This document shows positions 1-9,975 of a DNA stretch of 41,656 nucleotides, in pieces. Numbering within the stretch: position 1 is the first letter of the stretch; each line of letters opens with the position of its first letter. Made by a program: the position numbers and the translations under genes. Below the pieces are notes generated by a model. That model made no database searches. It was not told the origin of the DNA and was given only the letters and a program-made list of their open reading frames with translations. Origin of the DNA: a virus (lineage: Duplodnaviria; Caudoviricetes). The DNA is taken from IMG/VR virus record IMGVR_UViG_3300035542_000178, positions 1 through 41,656 of that record; one strand, given 5' to 3'.

Positions 1-45
1 CTATGGCAAAAAGTAATTACCAAAATTATTTTTTAATAGGAATAT

Positions 46-71
46 GAAAAGCCGCAACACGTGCGGCTTTC
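46..71 (-). terminator. Intrinsic terminator after terminase gene
   Basis: Hairpin aaagccgca-acacg-tgcggcttt with a short T run on the minus strand, about 18 bp after the terminase stop. Confidence 0.65.
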
Positions 72-89
72 AAATAATAAAAAAACAAT

Positions 90-1760
90 CTATTTAAAGC
101 GGACAGGAATAAAAGAGTTGCGTGTGCCGGCGTTCTTGTGGTCTACCCACAGCAGCTTATCGGCTGCATCGGTGCTGTGTGTGGCTTCTTCTACTGGTGT
201 AGAGCTGCGGTTATGTTCAGAGCTTTTATCCTTCTTGAACTTCCCATCACGCTCAACTACCTTGGTGTTTTGCATGGCTATAATAAGGAATTTACAGTTG
301 TTGCCATTAATTCGTACAACAGGAAACTTCTCATTATTCTCTTTAAACACATTAGACCACAACAAATACTTTTCGTGATGTGGTGGCTCCTTAGCTCTTT
401 CTTCTTTAAGGATAACATGCCAGCCATTATCTCTCAGCCTGTCGATGGCTTGCTGATTGTATGTTTTGGTTGAATTGGCTTGCCGCTCGTCGCCATACTT
501 ATCTTTATAGTAAATGACTGTCTTATCATTATGATAGCGATAATATTTACAGAACTGGTCAATAACATCGTCAATCATTACATGGCCGGTTTGTGGTTTG
601 GCATAGAACTCCTTAAGATAATTCTTGGTTAGCTTCTTATCAACATCAACAAGGGTGTTATCCTGGGCAGCAATAATCCACGAAATAGAAGCGCCCCAGT
701 CCTGTACCAATTTAAGCGGCTCGTTACTATCCACATCCTTATCGAAACGGCTATCGGGAGAGCCCAGCTGCTTAAAGTCATAATCCAGGCTATCGATGTA
801 CGTGTAGTTATACGAATCGTGGTAAACGTGCTTATCTACATCAATGTTGTAATAGCAGTCTTCTACCTTATCGATAATCATGTTCATAATCTCGATAAGG
901 AAAGTAAGGCGTGGTGTGGTTCGGTACTGCTCTTTAATGTATGATAACCCCACATTTTCGAGATTATCGAAAGCGTTGGACAGGGTAAACAGCATGCCAT
1001 CTTTACTAATACGCGGATACATTCTTTCGCGGCGTATGCGTTGTATCTCGTTATATTGTGCAGCAAACTCTTTGGGTTTATCCATCTCGAGTAAATCGAG
1101 CTGCATTTTAACCACCCGGTTCCATAGCTGCTTATAATCAATGCCTGCTTCATTCATATAGTAATCGCCGGCGTCGAGCAGCCACTTACCATCTTTACTG
1201 TACGGCATAGATGTGGAGTGGTGTGTACCATGATGCCAGGGCAAATGCCCAAAGTCGTGTAAGTTGCCGCGGTTGGTAGCGTGTATCTCTCGGTTGTATC
1301 GTTCAATATCGAGGGTAAGCGACTCGTCGGTTAGCTCAAAATCGGTGTTTAGTCCACGTCCGGAACCGGAGCGGTCCTGACTGGCTAAATGAAAGCCAAC
1401 AGCCCCTTTGTTTGTGCCAAACACGATATAATGGTCATATGACATAGGCGCCTGGTATGGCTCTTTCCATTTCCATGCTTTGGGTGGCTTTCGGCCAATA
1501 AAGAAGTCTTTATCCCTGACATAACCTAGTTTTTCGAAAAAAGCAATTACCGGAGGAATGGTACGGGTAAGAATTTGTGTGTATGTTTTACCGGTAATAA
1601 CAGAGCTTGAACGGGGCATACTTTCAATAATACGCTTCATTTTCCAGGTCTGCATGGTTGATTTACCGGTACCACGCCCCCATACTTGTATTTCATGTTT
1701 TGGATTTAGCAGTACCGACGAATATTGTGCTGCATTTAAACTAAGATTTTTATTTGCCAT
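90..1760 (-). CDS. terL: Terminase large subunit
   Basis: 556 aa; N-terminal Walker A GRGTGKST, Walker B-like ELTDES, C-terminal nuclease-type acidic motifs (QDWG, HSTDAAD); lies in the virion gene block. Confidence 0.85.
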   Translation of the reverse strand: MANKNLSLNAAQYSSVLLNPKHEIQVWGRGTGKSTMQTWKMKRIIESMPRSSSVITGKTYTQILTRTIPPVIAFFEKLGYVRDKDFFIGRKPPKAWKWKEPYQAPMSYDHYIVFGTNKGAVGFHLASQDRSGSGRGLNTDFELTDESLTLDIERYNREIHATNRGNLHDFGHLPWHHGTHHSTSMPYSKDGKWLLDAGDYYMNEAGIDYKQLWNRVVKMQLDLLEMDKPKEFAAQYNEIQRIRRERMYPRISKDGMLFTLSNAFDNLENVGLSYIKEQYRTTPRLTFLIEIMNMIIDKVEDCYYNIDVDKHVYHDSYNYTYIDSLDYDFKQLGSPDSRFDKDVDSNEPLKLVQDWGASISWIIAAQDNTLVDVDKKLTKNYLKEFYAKPQTGHVMIDDVIDQFCKYYRYHNDKTVIYYKDKYGDERQANSTKTYNQQAIDRLRDNGWHVILKEERAKEPPHHEKYLLWSNVFKENNEKFPVVRINGNNCKFLIIAMQNTKVVERDGKFKKDKSSEHNRSSTPVEEATHSTDAADKLLWVDHKNAGTRNSFIPVRFK

Positions 1761-2385
1761 CTTCCATTATTTCAATCGCTTGTACATCGTCAATGTCGCT
1801 ATACATGCTTTGGATAATGCCCTGCACTTTGCGTTTAGGAATTTTTTCCAGTCCTGTGCCGCTTAAATCGAGCTGTATCGATTCGTTTGGCATTTTAATA
1901 ATAGCATAATACACATGCTGCTGCATATCTTCTTCGGTAAAGGTTTCCGGGTCATCGTGTTCTATTGCACTTGCTTTAATCAGGTTGCGTGTGGCGGCAT
2001 TCATGCCGTCAATGTCTTTTTTGGCTAATGCCATTCGGAAAGTCATCCGGGCCCACTCAATGGCAATAATGCGCTCTGCATTTTTATCTACCGAATCGAT
2101 GCTGCCAAAAAGCTTTTTAGCGTTGGCAATATCGCGGTATACCGTGGCAAGGCCTTCTACGTTGTACAACCGTTTTAGCGAAGCATGTATGGCGCTGGTT
2201 GATTTGCCTATTTTTAGCAGGTTAAAAACGGTGTTCCACCGTTCGAGCAACTCCTGTTCGTGTTGGGTTAATCGGACATAGTGCTCGCCATAAACGAGAT
2301 GACCCTTAATTTTATCAAGGGTCGTGCCTTCGTTTTTAATTTTGGCAATCTTATTCTCGTCTATTTTCGAAAGGTAGCGTTTCAT
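1750..2385 (-). CDS. Putative terminase small subunit
   Basis: 211 aa helical protein overlapping the terL start; HTH-like segment (GLATVYRDIANAKKLFG); call is mainly positional. Confidence 0.5.
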   Translation of the reverse strand: MKRYLSKIDENKIAKIKNEGTTLDKIKGHLVYGEHYVRLTQHEQELLERWNTVFNLLKIGKSTSAIHASLKRLYNVEGLATVYRDIANAKKLFGSIDSVDKNAERIIAIEWARMTFRMALAKKDIDGMNAATRNLIKASAIEHDDPETFTEEDMQQHVYYAIIKMPNESIQLDLSGTGLEKIPKRKVQGIIQSMYSDIDDVQAIEIMEDGK

Positions 2386-3119
2386 TTAGGCAGTTTTTGT
2401 TCTATTTCTTCAATTTGCTGGTCAATTTCTTTAAGCTTTTCGCGGGCAGCTTCTTTTTTTGGCCCCTCCGGGATCTCTTTTTTGCCCGACAGCTTATTGC
2501 GGTACTTTGAGCGCTGTGATTTTAGGTTATTGTACTTTTTGGTAAGCTTAAGCATCTCCTGGGCTTCGTTTTTATTCTTTTTTTGCTCCGAAGACAATAT
2601 CCCATCCTTTTCGTACGCATCAATTTGGATATTGATCTCATTTTTTTTGCCCAGCAACTCCAAAATATCTTCGCTAAGGTCTTTGCGCTTTTTATTGTTT
2701 TCGGCGGTATTTTTCTCCGGAACAGCATTTCGCAACTCTGCCAGGTGGGTAATTTCCTGCTCAATGTCTACCCGCAGGTTAATTAAATTCCGAATTTCTT
2801 TGGGCAGGTCCTTATAAGGGATTTTCCCTTTCCACTGCGTTTCTGCCGTTGGTGGCTGCTTTTTGGGTGGCTGTGGATTGCCCGACTGGTTGGTTTGGTT
2901 TTGAACCTTTGTCAAAGATGCAGGACTGGCAGTAATGTATTTTTCCGGTAATTTGGCAAGTTTTACCAGCTTATACGCAAGCATTGATTTGCGTTGCCTG
3001 GTTGCTTTGCGGCTAAAATTTTTTAACAACGTTGCATTGTGCCCGTATTCGGCGAACAGCTGAACACCTTCTTCGTATGGTTGGCCATTAGCAAGCCAGT
3101 TTAATATTTTTTCTTTCAT
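2382..3119 (-). CDS. Hypothetical phage protein, Lys/Glu-rich coiled-coil C-terminus
   Basis: 245 aa ORF coupled to the next gene; its N-terminal ~55 aa resemble the C-terminal domain of ORF 3246-4202. Confidence 0.7.
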   Translation of the reverse strand: MKEKILNWLANGQPYEEGVQLFAEYGHNATLLKNFSRKATRQRKSMLAYKLVKLAKLPEKYITASPASLTKVQNQTNQSGNPQPPKKQPPTAETQWKGKIPYKDLPKEIRNLINLRVDIEQEITHLAELRNAVPEKNTAENNKKRKDLSEDILELLGKKNEINIQIDAYEKDGILSSEQKKNKNEAQEMLKLTKKYNNLKSQRSKYRNKLSGKKEIPEGPKKEAAREKLKEIDQQIEEIEQKLPK

Positions 3120-3143
3120 TGGAATTATGTTTTAATTTATTTT

Positions 3144-3180
3144 CAAAAGTGAAAAAACGGCAATTGCCAAAAAAGGACAG
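3144..3180 (-). promoter_or_regulatory. Putative late promoter (CTGTCCTTTT plus degenerate -7 box CACTTTTG)
   Basis: Same motif and spacing recur at 8942-8978, 33283-33319 and 41504-41540, each upstream of a virion-block gene. Confidence 0.6.
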
Positions 3181-3182
3181 TG

Positions 3183-3236
3183 CTTCGACATCCTTCTACA
3201 TCCCGATAACTATCGGGACAGGATGACGTTGCTCAG
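3183..3236. repeat. REP-like palindrome (TCCCGATA-AC-TATCGGGA) nested inside a CTTCGACAT/GCTCAG-type REP
   Basis: 3192-3227 matches 5651-5686 at 31/36 nt; the flanks rejoin to give cttcgacatgctcag as seen at 33348-33362. Confidence 0.7.
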
Positions 3237-3245
3237 GAGAACATG

Positions 3246-4202
3246 TTATAATATGCCTGCTTTTATTTCCAGCTTATACAATAATTTCTCCTGGGTGTGT
3301 TTATTGTTTCGGCGCTGAAAAAGCGATAACAGGTTGGCGTTACGTCCATATTTTCGAAACAACTCGATACCCTGCTTATACATTTGCGGCGATAGTGGCA
3401 GCGATGCCTTTTCGAGGTACTCGCGAATAATAACCGACGGCTCTTTTTCTTTATCGTACAGCTCGTATAGGCTTAACTCAGGAAAGCGGCTGTTTAAATA
3501 AAATTTCAGGTTGCCGTTTAAGCCGCCATCGTTGTAAGCGATATAATCTGACTGCTTAAATATTGCCTGCAGTTGTTCGGGTGTTTTGTGTTTAAATATT
3601 TTGGTTTTGCGATTACCAACAAACACCTTTTCGCTATCGGGCACCACCGGATTGGCATATATCGATTTCATGGTATAGCCGATATCCTTTTTAAAATCGA
3701 ATGCAAGCACCGTTTTTACAAACTGCTGCTTATTTATTAAAATCGGCACATGCAAATCGAAATGAAAGGTAGTGTGCCCGCGCTCCCTTAATATTTCGAA
3801 GGTGCGCCTTAGCCGCTGGCGGTGCAATCCGTTGTGCCAAAAATCATCGCTGAAGCTTGCAAAATCGCCTTTATGGAAAAAAGGCATTTCGGCAGCGTGC
3901 ATTTTACAGTTTATAATATGGTCATCATTAATAAACAGGAAATCATCTGAAACACGGTTATCGCTGCAAGCCTTTAGCACTTTTAATGCAATATTGCCAT
4001 CGGCATTAATACCACCCAACGGGTCGCCGGCCGGTATGTGTATTACCTTTGTTTTATTTATAAAATCGGGACACCGCCCAACAATAACAATATTGCGCAC
4101 GCCGCTAACATTTTGCTGTATGGCACGCAATGAGTAACGAATTTCGGCATCATTCCAAGCGCTGCCGGAGCCTAAAGGATAAACGATATCAATTTGTTTC
4201 AT
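3246..4202 (-). CDS. Stealth-family-like (sugar-phosphotransferase/glycosyltransferase) protein with extra C-terminal domain
   Basis: IDIVY start, EIRYSLRAI motif and FLFINDD resemble Stealth conserved regions. Confidence 0.6.
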   Translation of the reverse strand: MKQIDIVYPLGSGSAWNDAEIRYSLRAIQQNVSGVRNIVIVGRCPDFINKTKVIHIPAGDPLGGINADGNIALKVLKACSDNRVSDDFLFINDDHIINCKMHAAEMPFFHKGDFASFSDDFWHNGLHRQRLRRTFEILRERGHTTFHFDLHVPILINKQQFVKTVLAFDFKKDIGYTMKSIYANPVVPDSEKVFVGNRKTKIFKHKTPEQLQAIFKQSDYIAYNDGGLNGNLKFYLNSRFPELSLYELYDKEKEPSVIIREYLEKASLPLSPQMYKQGIELFRKYGRNANLLSLFQRRNNKHTQEKLLYKLEIKAGIL

Positions 4203-5080
4203 AATGACAGGTATTTTTGCACCTGCCGTTCGATATTAAGCTCCTGTAAAGCAAGAATGCGATACCAGTCGGACAGGGCAGGGTTATAGTTTGCTATAGC
4301 ATAATCAATCATTTGGTTGATGTTGGTATTTTTAAAAGCACGCCCCGAACAGTTGTGCTCTAATACCTTTGCGGCGTTGGTTTTAGTCAATAAGCCATCG
4401 CCCATTTTCTGCTGATACGGGCGTTTGTCTAAAATTAAAACAGGGCGGCCGCAGGCCAGTGCTTCGTAAGCGCCACGCCCTAATGAAATTACCATATCGG
4501 CACGGTTAATATAATTTTCGACCGCCCAAACAGGATTTTTAAACTTATTGAGCGTTATCACTTTTATTCCCTTAAGGGCAAAGATGCTTTTTAACAGGTT
4601 GTTTAGCTCGTCGGAGTGCGACAACGAAAGCACTGTTTTAATGGTTTTGTTGAGCGGCACGATGGGTCGAAAGCGGTTACAATCCACACCGTTTAAAATA
4701 ACGGTACTTTGAATGCCCATCCCGGAAAGGTATTGTTTTACTTCTTCCGAAATTGCCACATGCTTATCGGCGAAAGCCGACGGCTGCTCTAATTTAGGCG
4801 TAGTACCATGGCATGTTTGAATAATGGGTGCCTGGTGCGGGTAAACATCGTGCACACAGGTGTTATGATTTGCCAGGATTAAATCGTATTTGGGCCGTTT
4901 TGGGTATGATACTCTAAGAATATTAAAATCATTACATATCCGTTTAGCGACAATGCCCGGAACGCGGGTATATAGCTCTACCGTGTGCCCTTGTTTTACC
5001 AGCTCGCCGACAAGGGTATAAGTAAACGTTTCGCTGCCACCCAGCTTTTTAAGCCAGTGGTTAGTTATAAGGATTTTCAT
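4199..5080 (-). CDS. GT-B (GT4-like) glycosyltransferase
   Basis: MKILITN...GGSETFT, HVAISEEV, VILNGVD..RF, EALACGRPVL motifs. Confidence 0.85.
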   Translation of the reverse strand: MKILITNHWLKKLGGSETFTYTLVGELVKQGHTVELYTRVPGIVAKRICNDFNILRVSYPKRPKYDLILANHNTCVHDVYPHQAPIIQTCHGTTPKLEQPSAFADKHVAISEEVKQYLSGMGIQSTVILNGVDCNRFRPIVPLNKTIKTVLSLSHSDELNNLLKSIFALKGIKVITLNKFKNPVWAVENYINRADMVISLGRGAYEALACGRPVLILDKRPYQQKMGDGLLTKTNAAKVLEHNCSGRAFKNTNINQMIDYAIANYNPALSDWYRILALQELNIERQVQKYLSL

Positions 5081-5634
5081 TTTAAATGCGCTATGTAGTT
5101 GTATCCTTTATCAAATCGCAGATAATGAAAAAGATATACACCGCGCATTAAGCGGATTTTTTTACCGTGCCGCAGGATGGCATAACTAATTTGCGTATCA
5201 ACGCCCAATATTTTTTTTAATGATGTTGCCAGTTTAACTTCGGCGCATATAAGGTCCCATGTTGATTTTTTAATCATCATTAAATGCCCTGCAATGCGGC
5301 GTTCAAGTTCTTTTACCTGTAAATGCAACTCGTTGTGTGCCTTATCGGCCTGTAGTTTGTGGTATAAAATATTAGGATTTTCGGTATTGGTGCCGCGCCG
5401 TATTTGCGGCATATAATGGCACCGGCTGGCGTAAGATGTAAACATGCCGGTGTCGGGGTATTTATCGATATATGCTTGTAGTTGGAAACCAAAATCGTGG
5501 CGGAGCGGCATAGTGTCTAAATCCATTATACAACCCCACTGGTGGCTTTCGAGCCGCGCCATTTCTTCATCTATAGCGTTAAAAAAGTTCTTATCTAATG
5601 CGTATGGGTGTAATATTACAAAGGTCTTTTTCAT
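5077..5634 (-). CDS. GT-A (GT2-like) glycosyltransferase
   Basis: DxD motif (MDLDT), GHLMMIKKSTW, GVD and late HY motif; coupled to the GT4 gene. Confidence 0.6.
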   Translation of the reverse strand: MKKTFVILHPYALDKNFFNAIDEEMARLESHQWGCIMDLDTMPLRHDFGFQLQAYIDKYPDTGMFTSYASRCHYMPQIRRGTNTENPNILYHKLQADKAHNELHLQVKELERRIAGHLMMIKKSTWDLICAEVKLATSLKKILGVDTQISYAILRHGKKIRLMRGVYLFHYLRFDKGYNYIAHLK

Positions 5635-5650
5635 GTTGAGAGATTGTCGC

Positions 5651-5686
5651 CCTTCGTCATCCCGATAGCTATCGGGATAGGACGAC
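5651..5686. repeat. REP-like palindrome ATCCCGATAGCTATCGGGAT
   Basis: Perfect 20-bp palindrome at 5659-5678, intergenic; second copy at 3192-3227. Confidence 0.75.
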
Positions 5687-5690
5687 AGTA

Positions 5691-6089
5691 TTATTGTTCA
5701 GTATCGTTTAACTCTTCTATTTTCTTATCAAATGCTTTTTGTACGGTACTATATTTTTTGCCTAATCCGTAGTAATAGCGTGCTTCGTCTTCTGTTTCGG
5801 CGTTTTGAATATTTACAACCAGCTCTTTGGCTGTGAAATAGGATTGAGAATCAGATTGCTTCTCCCGATTGTTATCGGGATCGCTCGCAATGACTTCCTT
5901 GTTTTGATCGGGATAAAAATAGTCAATCCCTGCGTCGGTAATGTCTATGTACGGCAAATTAGCTTCGTACATTTCTTTTAGCATTTCGAGCTTTAGGTCG
6001 TTGCGCCTGAAATCTACCAGGTTAAAAGGCCGGGGATAGTGAACTACCCCCGGCTTAATCCCTTTTATTTTAAAATATTTTCTCCACAT
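5691..6089 (-). CDS. Hypothetical protein
   Basis: 132 aa ORF in the structural operon. Confidence 0.7.
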   Translation of the reverse strand: MWRKYFKIKGIKPGVVHYPRPFNLVDFRRNDLKLEMLKEMYEANLPYIDITDAGIDYFYPDQNKEVIASDPDNNREKQSDSQSYFTAKELVVNIQNAETEDEARYYYGLGKKYSTVQKAFDKKIEELNDTEQ

Positions 6090-6100
6090 AACTTAAGCGG

Positions 6101-6730
6101 TTAAGATGATGCTTCGGTTAGAGGAATTGTTCCCGGATAAAATTTAGGCGGGCTTTCTAGCGATGTAGAAAATACCATGGTATCTCCTTTTGCATCTTCG
6201 GCCGTTTTTCCCGTAGTTCCGGATCCGCTTTCGAGTTTAGCACTCATAAATTCGGAACCCACAACACGCCAATTACCGTCTCGATCCCTGGCTATAAATA
6301 CCATATTGGCATTTTTTACCATATCTAAAAAGCCAAGTGTTTTAGCGTCGGCGCTTGGTCGGAATATTTCAAACATGTGTTTAAAAGATTTACCATCAAA
6401 CGGACCCTGCGCTTCCCAACGAACTTCTCCGGTATCCTGAGAGCAATATCCTTTATAAAATTTTTTACCTGGTTTCATTATAAAGTTGCCTTCGTAGTTC
6501 ATTAACTCATCCTGATCGGCTGCCAATGCTTTTGACTTATAAGTAGGCCATGTAAGGATATCTTCTGCATAAGCAAAATAAAACGTCTGCGTCATTCCGC
6601 CCGTATTATCCTGTCCGGAAGCAAATTCTATATCATACAAATCAATACATTTTATAAGTCCAAAGCCAACCATAAACCTTTCAAGCATAAGGCCGAAAAG
6701 CATCCATAATGATATCATAAAATTTTTCAT
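6101..6730 (-). CDS. Putative major tail (tube) protein
   Basis: 209 aa directly after the capsid gene; NTGG..., VFIARDRDGNWRVVGS, GTTGK motifs shared with the N-domains of 9025 and 9972. Confidence 0.6.
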   Translation of the reverse strand: MKNFMISLWMLFGLMLERFMVGFGLIKCIDLYDIEFASGQDNTGGMTQTFYFAYAEDILTWPTYKSKALAADQDELMNYEGNFIMKPGKKFYKGYCSQDTGEVRWEAQGPFDGKSFKHMFEIFRPSADAKTLGFLDMVKNANMVFIARDRDGNWRVVGSEFMSAKLESGSGTTGKTAEDAKGDTMVFSTSLESPPKFYPGTIPLTEASS

Positions 6731-6755
6731 AACTGTTTAGATTTTTGAAAAGCCG

Positions 6756-6778
6756 CAGCCTAACCGTAGTTAAGCTGC
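6756..6778 (-). terminator. Possible hairpin terminator/attenuator after capsid gene
   Basis: gcagcctaac-cgta-gttaagctgc imperfect stem followed by a short T run on the minus strand. Confidence 0.4.
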
Positions 6779-6794
6779 AACCTGTTGGTTATTA

Positions 6795-7799
6795 CTATGA
6801 TGCAGAGCCGGAGCCTGTTTCGTCGTATCGTTTGGAAACGATAAACTCTTTCCAGTTGATGCTATAAAATTGCAAACCAAATACATACTTCATGGTTGCT
6901 GTAAATACATAAGGGTTACCCGAGTTAAAGGCTTTCATGTTCTTCATATCGGCAGGGCTGTCGGTTCCCCAAAGGATATTTTCTTTTTTGGTAAGGATAA
7001 CTCGCTGGTTATCGATATTAGAAAGACGAACAATTTTACATTTACCATTTGAGCCTTCGAGATAAAGCTGCCCGGCCTGGTCGACCATAGGTGGCTTATC
7101 ATGCTCTTCGCGATACCAGTCGTCGTACATATCCCCCATGTCAACAGACATATATAATGTAGCGCCACTGTCGCGCATTGAGCGGTGAGCCGATCGCCAC
7201 ATTTCTAACAGCTTATCACCAATGTTGGCAGAGGTGAAAGCCGCTGTGGCATCGTAAAGGTTTTTGTTATCAACCGAAATATTACCGTCGATAATTTCGT
7301 CGGCGATAATAGTTTCCAATCCATCAAAAGCATCGGTCAGCTTGGTACCGTCGGCATTATATTTCCCGTTCCAAATTGCATAAAACAACTCTTCACTGGC
7401 AACACTAACACCGTATTGTGCTAACCATTTTAAAAACTTGTGGTTTTTTGCAGCATCTATATCGGCGCGCACGCCTTCTTCGTAGATGTAATCGATAAAC
7501 GTTCGTCGGTAACGTTCCGGTTCGTCGCTCATCTCGGCAACGCATGGGTAAACCGATAATGTTCGTTGTTCGGGCGTACCAATTGTTTTATCGGCCGTAA
7601 AAGTACCGCTGTACTTTTTAGAGATTGCTCCTTTTTTCATTTTGGTGAGCACAATCGAGTTGGCTACGCCTGTTTTAGGAGTAAAATGCTGTAATGCGTC
7701 GCCGGCCTTTAACAAAGGAAGAGCTTTAATCTCTTTTTGGTAACGCTTTGCCACTTCGTTAAAAGCGGAAATGTCAATGGGTGTGGTTAAGTCTGCCAT
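6795..7799 (-). CDS. Major capsid protein
   Basis: 334 aa directly after the head protease; AIWNG and FDGL motifs. Confidence 0.75.
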   Translation of the reverse strand: MADLTTPIDISAFNEVAKRYQKEIKALPLLKAGDALQHFTPKTGVANSIVLTKMKKGAISKKYSGTFTADKTIGTPEQRTLSVYPCVAEMSDEPERYRRTFIDYIYEEGVRADIDAAKNHKFLKWLAQYGVSVASEELFYAIWNGKYNADGTKLTDAFDGLETIIADEIIDGNISVDNKNLYDATAAFTSANIGDKLLEMWRSAHRSMRDSGATLYMSVDMGDMYDDWYREEHDKPPMVDQAGQLYLEGSNGKCKIVRLSNIDNQRVILTKKENILWGTDSPADMKNMKAFNSGNPYVFTATMKYVFGLQFYSINWKEFIVSKRYDETGSGSAS

Positions 7800-7825
7800 A
7801 TCGTATTATTTTTTTTGCGTTTGGT

Positions 7826-8908
7826 TTATAATATGTTACTTACTTCTTTGTCGGCAGCGTCGTCAGGTATTTCATAATCGTCCGTTTGATTATCCCCTCC
7901 AGGTTTTTCAATAGCTGCAGGCGCACTGGCTGGTTTTTGTGCCAGCTTGGCGTTGAGTTCAGCCTTTTCGGCTTCGAGCTCTTCGGCTTTTGTTTTTTCC
8001 GTTTCTAAAGCGCTTTGCGCTTCGGTGAGCTGAGTTTTGGAAGTTTCAAGTTCGGATGTAAGACTCGCATTTGAGTCTTGCAACGCCTTTATGGCGTCGA
8101 GAATAGCTTTTTCGTCTGCTTTCTCGTCCAATTTCAAAGCGAGTGCAAATTTCTTCATGTTTTCGTTTGGTTTTTGTGTTGAATTAATATTGATAAATGA
8201 TTTGAACTTGTTAAAAATTGATTGCGATAGCTTTTCTGTAAGCTCGTCGTGCGTTTCCGGTGTTTCAACATGATTTTGATAGTATTTAAACAGCTCCGAT
8301 TTAGCCATATTGACAACATTTTCGGGCACCTTGCCCTTTTTGTCGCCTATTTTGTCAACCAGCTTAGCTTCCAGGCAGTCTTTTGCTGTAAGCCAGTGGT
8401 CGGCATAATCGAACCATTGCTCTTTTACTTCGTTTTCGGACAGCCCGGTTTTATCGGTAATGGCTGTCATTAACGACTCGGCAATTTTATCGAGCGTATC
8501 GGCTGTTTCTCTAAAATCCTTGGCATTGCCACAGGCGCAGCTAAGTGGCGAGTGTAACATCATCATGCCGTTAGGCGCAATCTCCACCTCGTTACTTGCC
8601 AGAGCTATAATAGATGCCATACTGGCTGCCAACCCGTCGATAAAAGTTTTAGTGTTTGCTTTACTTTGGTAGATGGCATTAAATATAGCGGCACCATCGA
8701 AAACATATCCGCCGGGTGAATTGATGCGGATGTGTATGTTTTTAAAATTATTTTCGAGGGCTTTAAATTCTGAAACAAAATTTTGTGCGGTAATGTCTTC
8801 TTTGCTTGTAAACCACATATCCCAATCGGAGTTTATGGGCTTATAAATAAGAATCTCGGCAGTATCGCTGCCTTGTGCTGCGTTAATTACATAAAACTTT
8901 TCAGGCAT
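7826..8908 (-). CDS. ClpP-type head maturation protease with C-terminal scaffold-like coiled coil
   Basis: IRINSPGG, DGLAASMASII, MMMLHSP, WLTAKDC motifs of S14 proteases. Confidence 0.92.
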   Translation of the reverse strand: MPEKFYVINAAQGSDTAEILIYKPINSDWDMWFTSKEDITAQNFVSEFKALENNFKNIHIRINSPGGYVFDGAAIFNAIYQSKANTKTFIDGLAASMASIIALASNEVEIAPNGMMMLHSPLSCACGNAKDFRETADTLDKIAESLMTAITDKTGLSENEVKEQWFDYADHWLTAKDCLEAKLVDKIGDKKGKVPENVVNMAKSELFKYYQNHVETPETHDELTEKLSQSIFNKFKSFININSTQKPNENMKKFALALKLDEKADEKAILDAIKALQDSNASLTSELETSKTQLTEAQSALETEKTKAEELEAEKAELNAKLAQKPASAPAAIEKPGGDNQTDDYEIPDDAADKEVSNIL

Positions 8909-8941
8909 TGTTTGCTTTTTAGATTATAATCTATTTGCAAA

Positions 8942-9004
8942 CAATATTATAAGGTGTGTGTGGCGTAAAAAAGGACAGATAAACATACACTTTATCTGTC
9001 CTTT
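8942..9004 (-). promoter_or_regulatory. Late-promoter motif overlapping a 14-bp perfect hairpin (probable terminator)
   Basis: aaaggacagataaa-catacac-tttatctgtccttt; CTGTCCTTTT plus TAATATTG at the same spacing as the other copies. Confidence 0.6.
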
Positions 9005-9024
9005 ATAAAAAATGAATTATTATC

Positions 9025-9975
9025 TTATAGTGTTGTAATAAGATCGTTGCAAAGTTTTGCGGCGCTGTCGGTGTGGCCTGCCTGGTTAATAATATCGAGC
9101 GTATTTTGTTTACCGGTGCCAATAGCTGTGCCGGTTCCTCCGATAGCCATTTCGGTTATATTACTCCATGCTTTGCTTGTGCTTTGGTCATATGGTGCTG
9201 CTTCGTAATACGTTGTGCCATCAATATAAAATATTAATCCACCAGCAGGGCCAACATCGCGTAAAGCATATGCGCCCGCATTGGCTGTAAATGAACGGCA
9301 AGCGCGGACATGATAAGTTCCATATTTAAAATTTAGATATGCCTCTCCAGTTCCCATATAAACCCCAAGAGATGCGTTAGGCGTACTTTCAGTAGAACTC
9401 CAATAGTAATAAGCATTATCCAAACCACCAACCCCTTCGGCATGCAAATTATCATACATAGCTTGCAACTCATCTATTGATGGCAAAAACCAGTCGGCAG
9501 CAGAACTATTTTGTGCTATTACAGCCGCTGTGATTGCTTTACCGGCAGCTTCAAAAACTATTTTGCGGCCGTTTGCATCGGCGGGAGTTTCGCCGGTGGT
9601 ATATTTATCGGTAAATCGTAGCGGGTTTTGTTGTGTGCCGGCTACCCAGGTGCGGTTTTGGCGGTCTTCGAACAGCAATACAAAGGTATTGCCATCCATT
9701 TGGGTAATATCTTGTATTTGTTCCAGGTCGTTGCCCGATAAAAACAACTCTATTTGGTTATTATAATAAGCTACTTTACTAATTTTAACCGCCGATTTTA
9801 CGTCTGCATTATCGCGGGTAAAAGGTATTTTAGTATAATCGGCACCCGATTTAAGGGTAATGCTTTGCAGCTCGCCGGCAATAATATCGCCAAAAGATAA
9901 TATATCGGTTGCTTTTACTATGTATATATTATACAGTCCGGCAAAAACTTCTTGTATGTGGGTTAGGTTGTTCAT
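9025..9975 (-). CDS. Tail-tube-like domain fused to DUF1566-like C-type lectin domain
   Basis: Likely start ATG 9975 overlapping the upstream TGA; DWFLPSIDEL, YWSSTE, VRACRSF, GPAGGLIFY motifs. Confidence 0.75.
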   Translation of the reverse strand: MNNLTHIQEVFAGLYNIYIVKATDILSFGDIIAGELQSITLKSGADYTKIPFTRDNADVKSAVKISKVAYYNNQIELFLSGNDLEQIQDITQMDGNTFVLLFEDRQNRTWVAGTQQNPLRFTDKYTTGETPADANGRKIVFEAAGKAITAAVIAQNSSAADWFLPSIDELQAMYDNLHAEGVGGLDNAYYYWSSTESTPNASLGVYMGTGEAYLNFKYGTYHVRACRSFTANAGAYALRDVGPAGGLIFYIDGTTYYEAAPYDQSTSKAWSNITEMAIGGTGTAIGTGKQNTLDIINQAGHTDSAAKLCNDLITTL

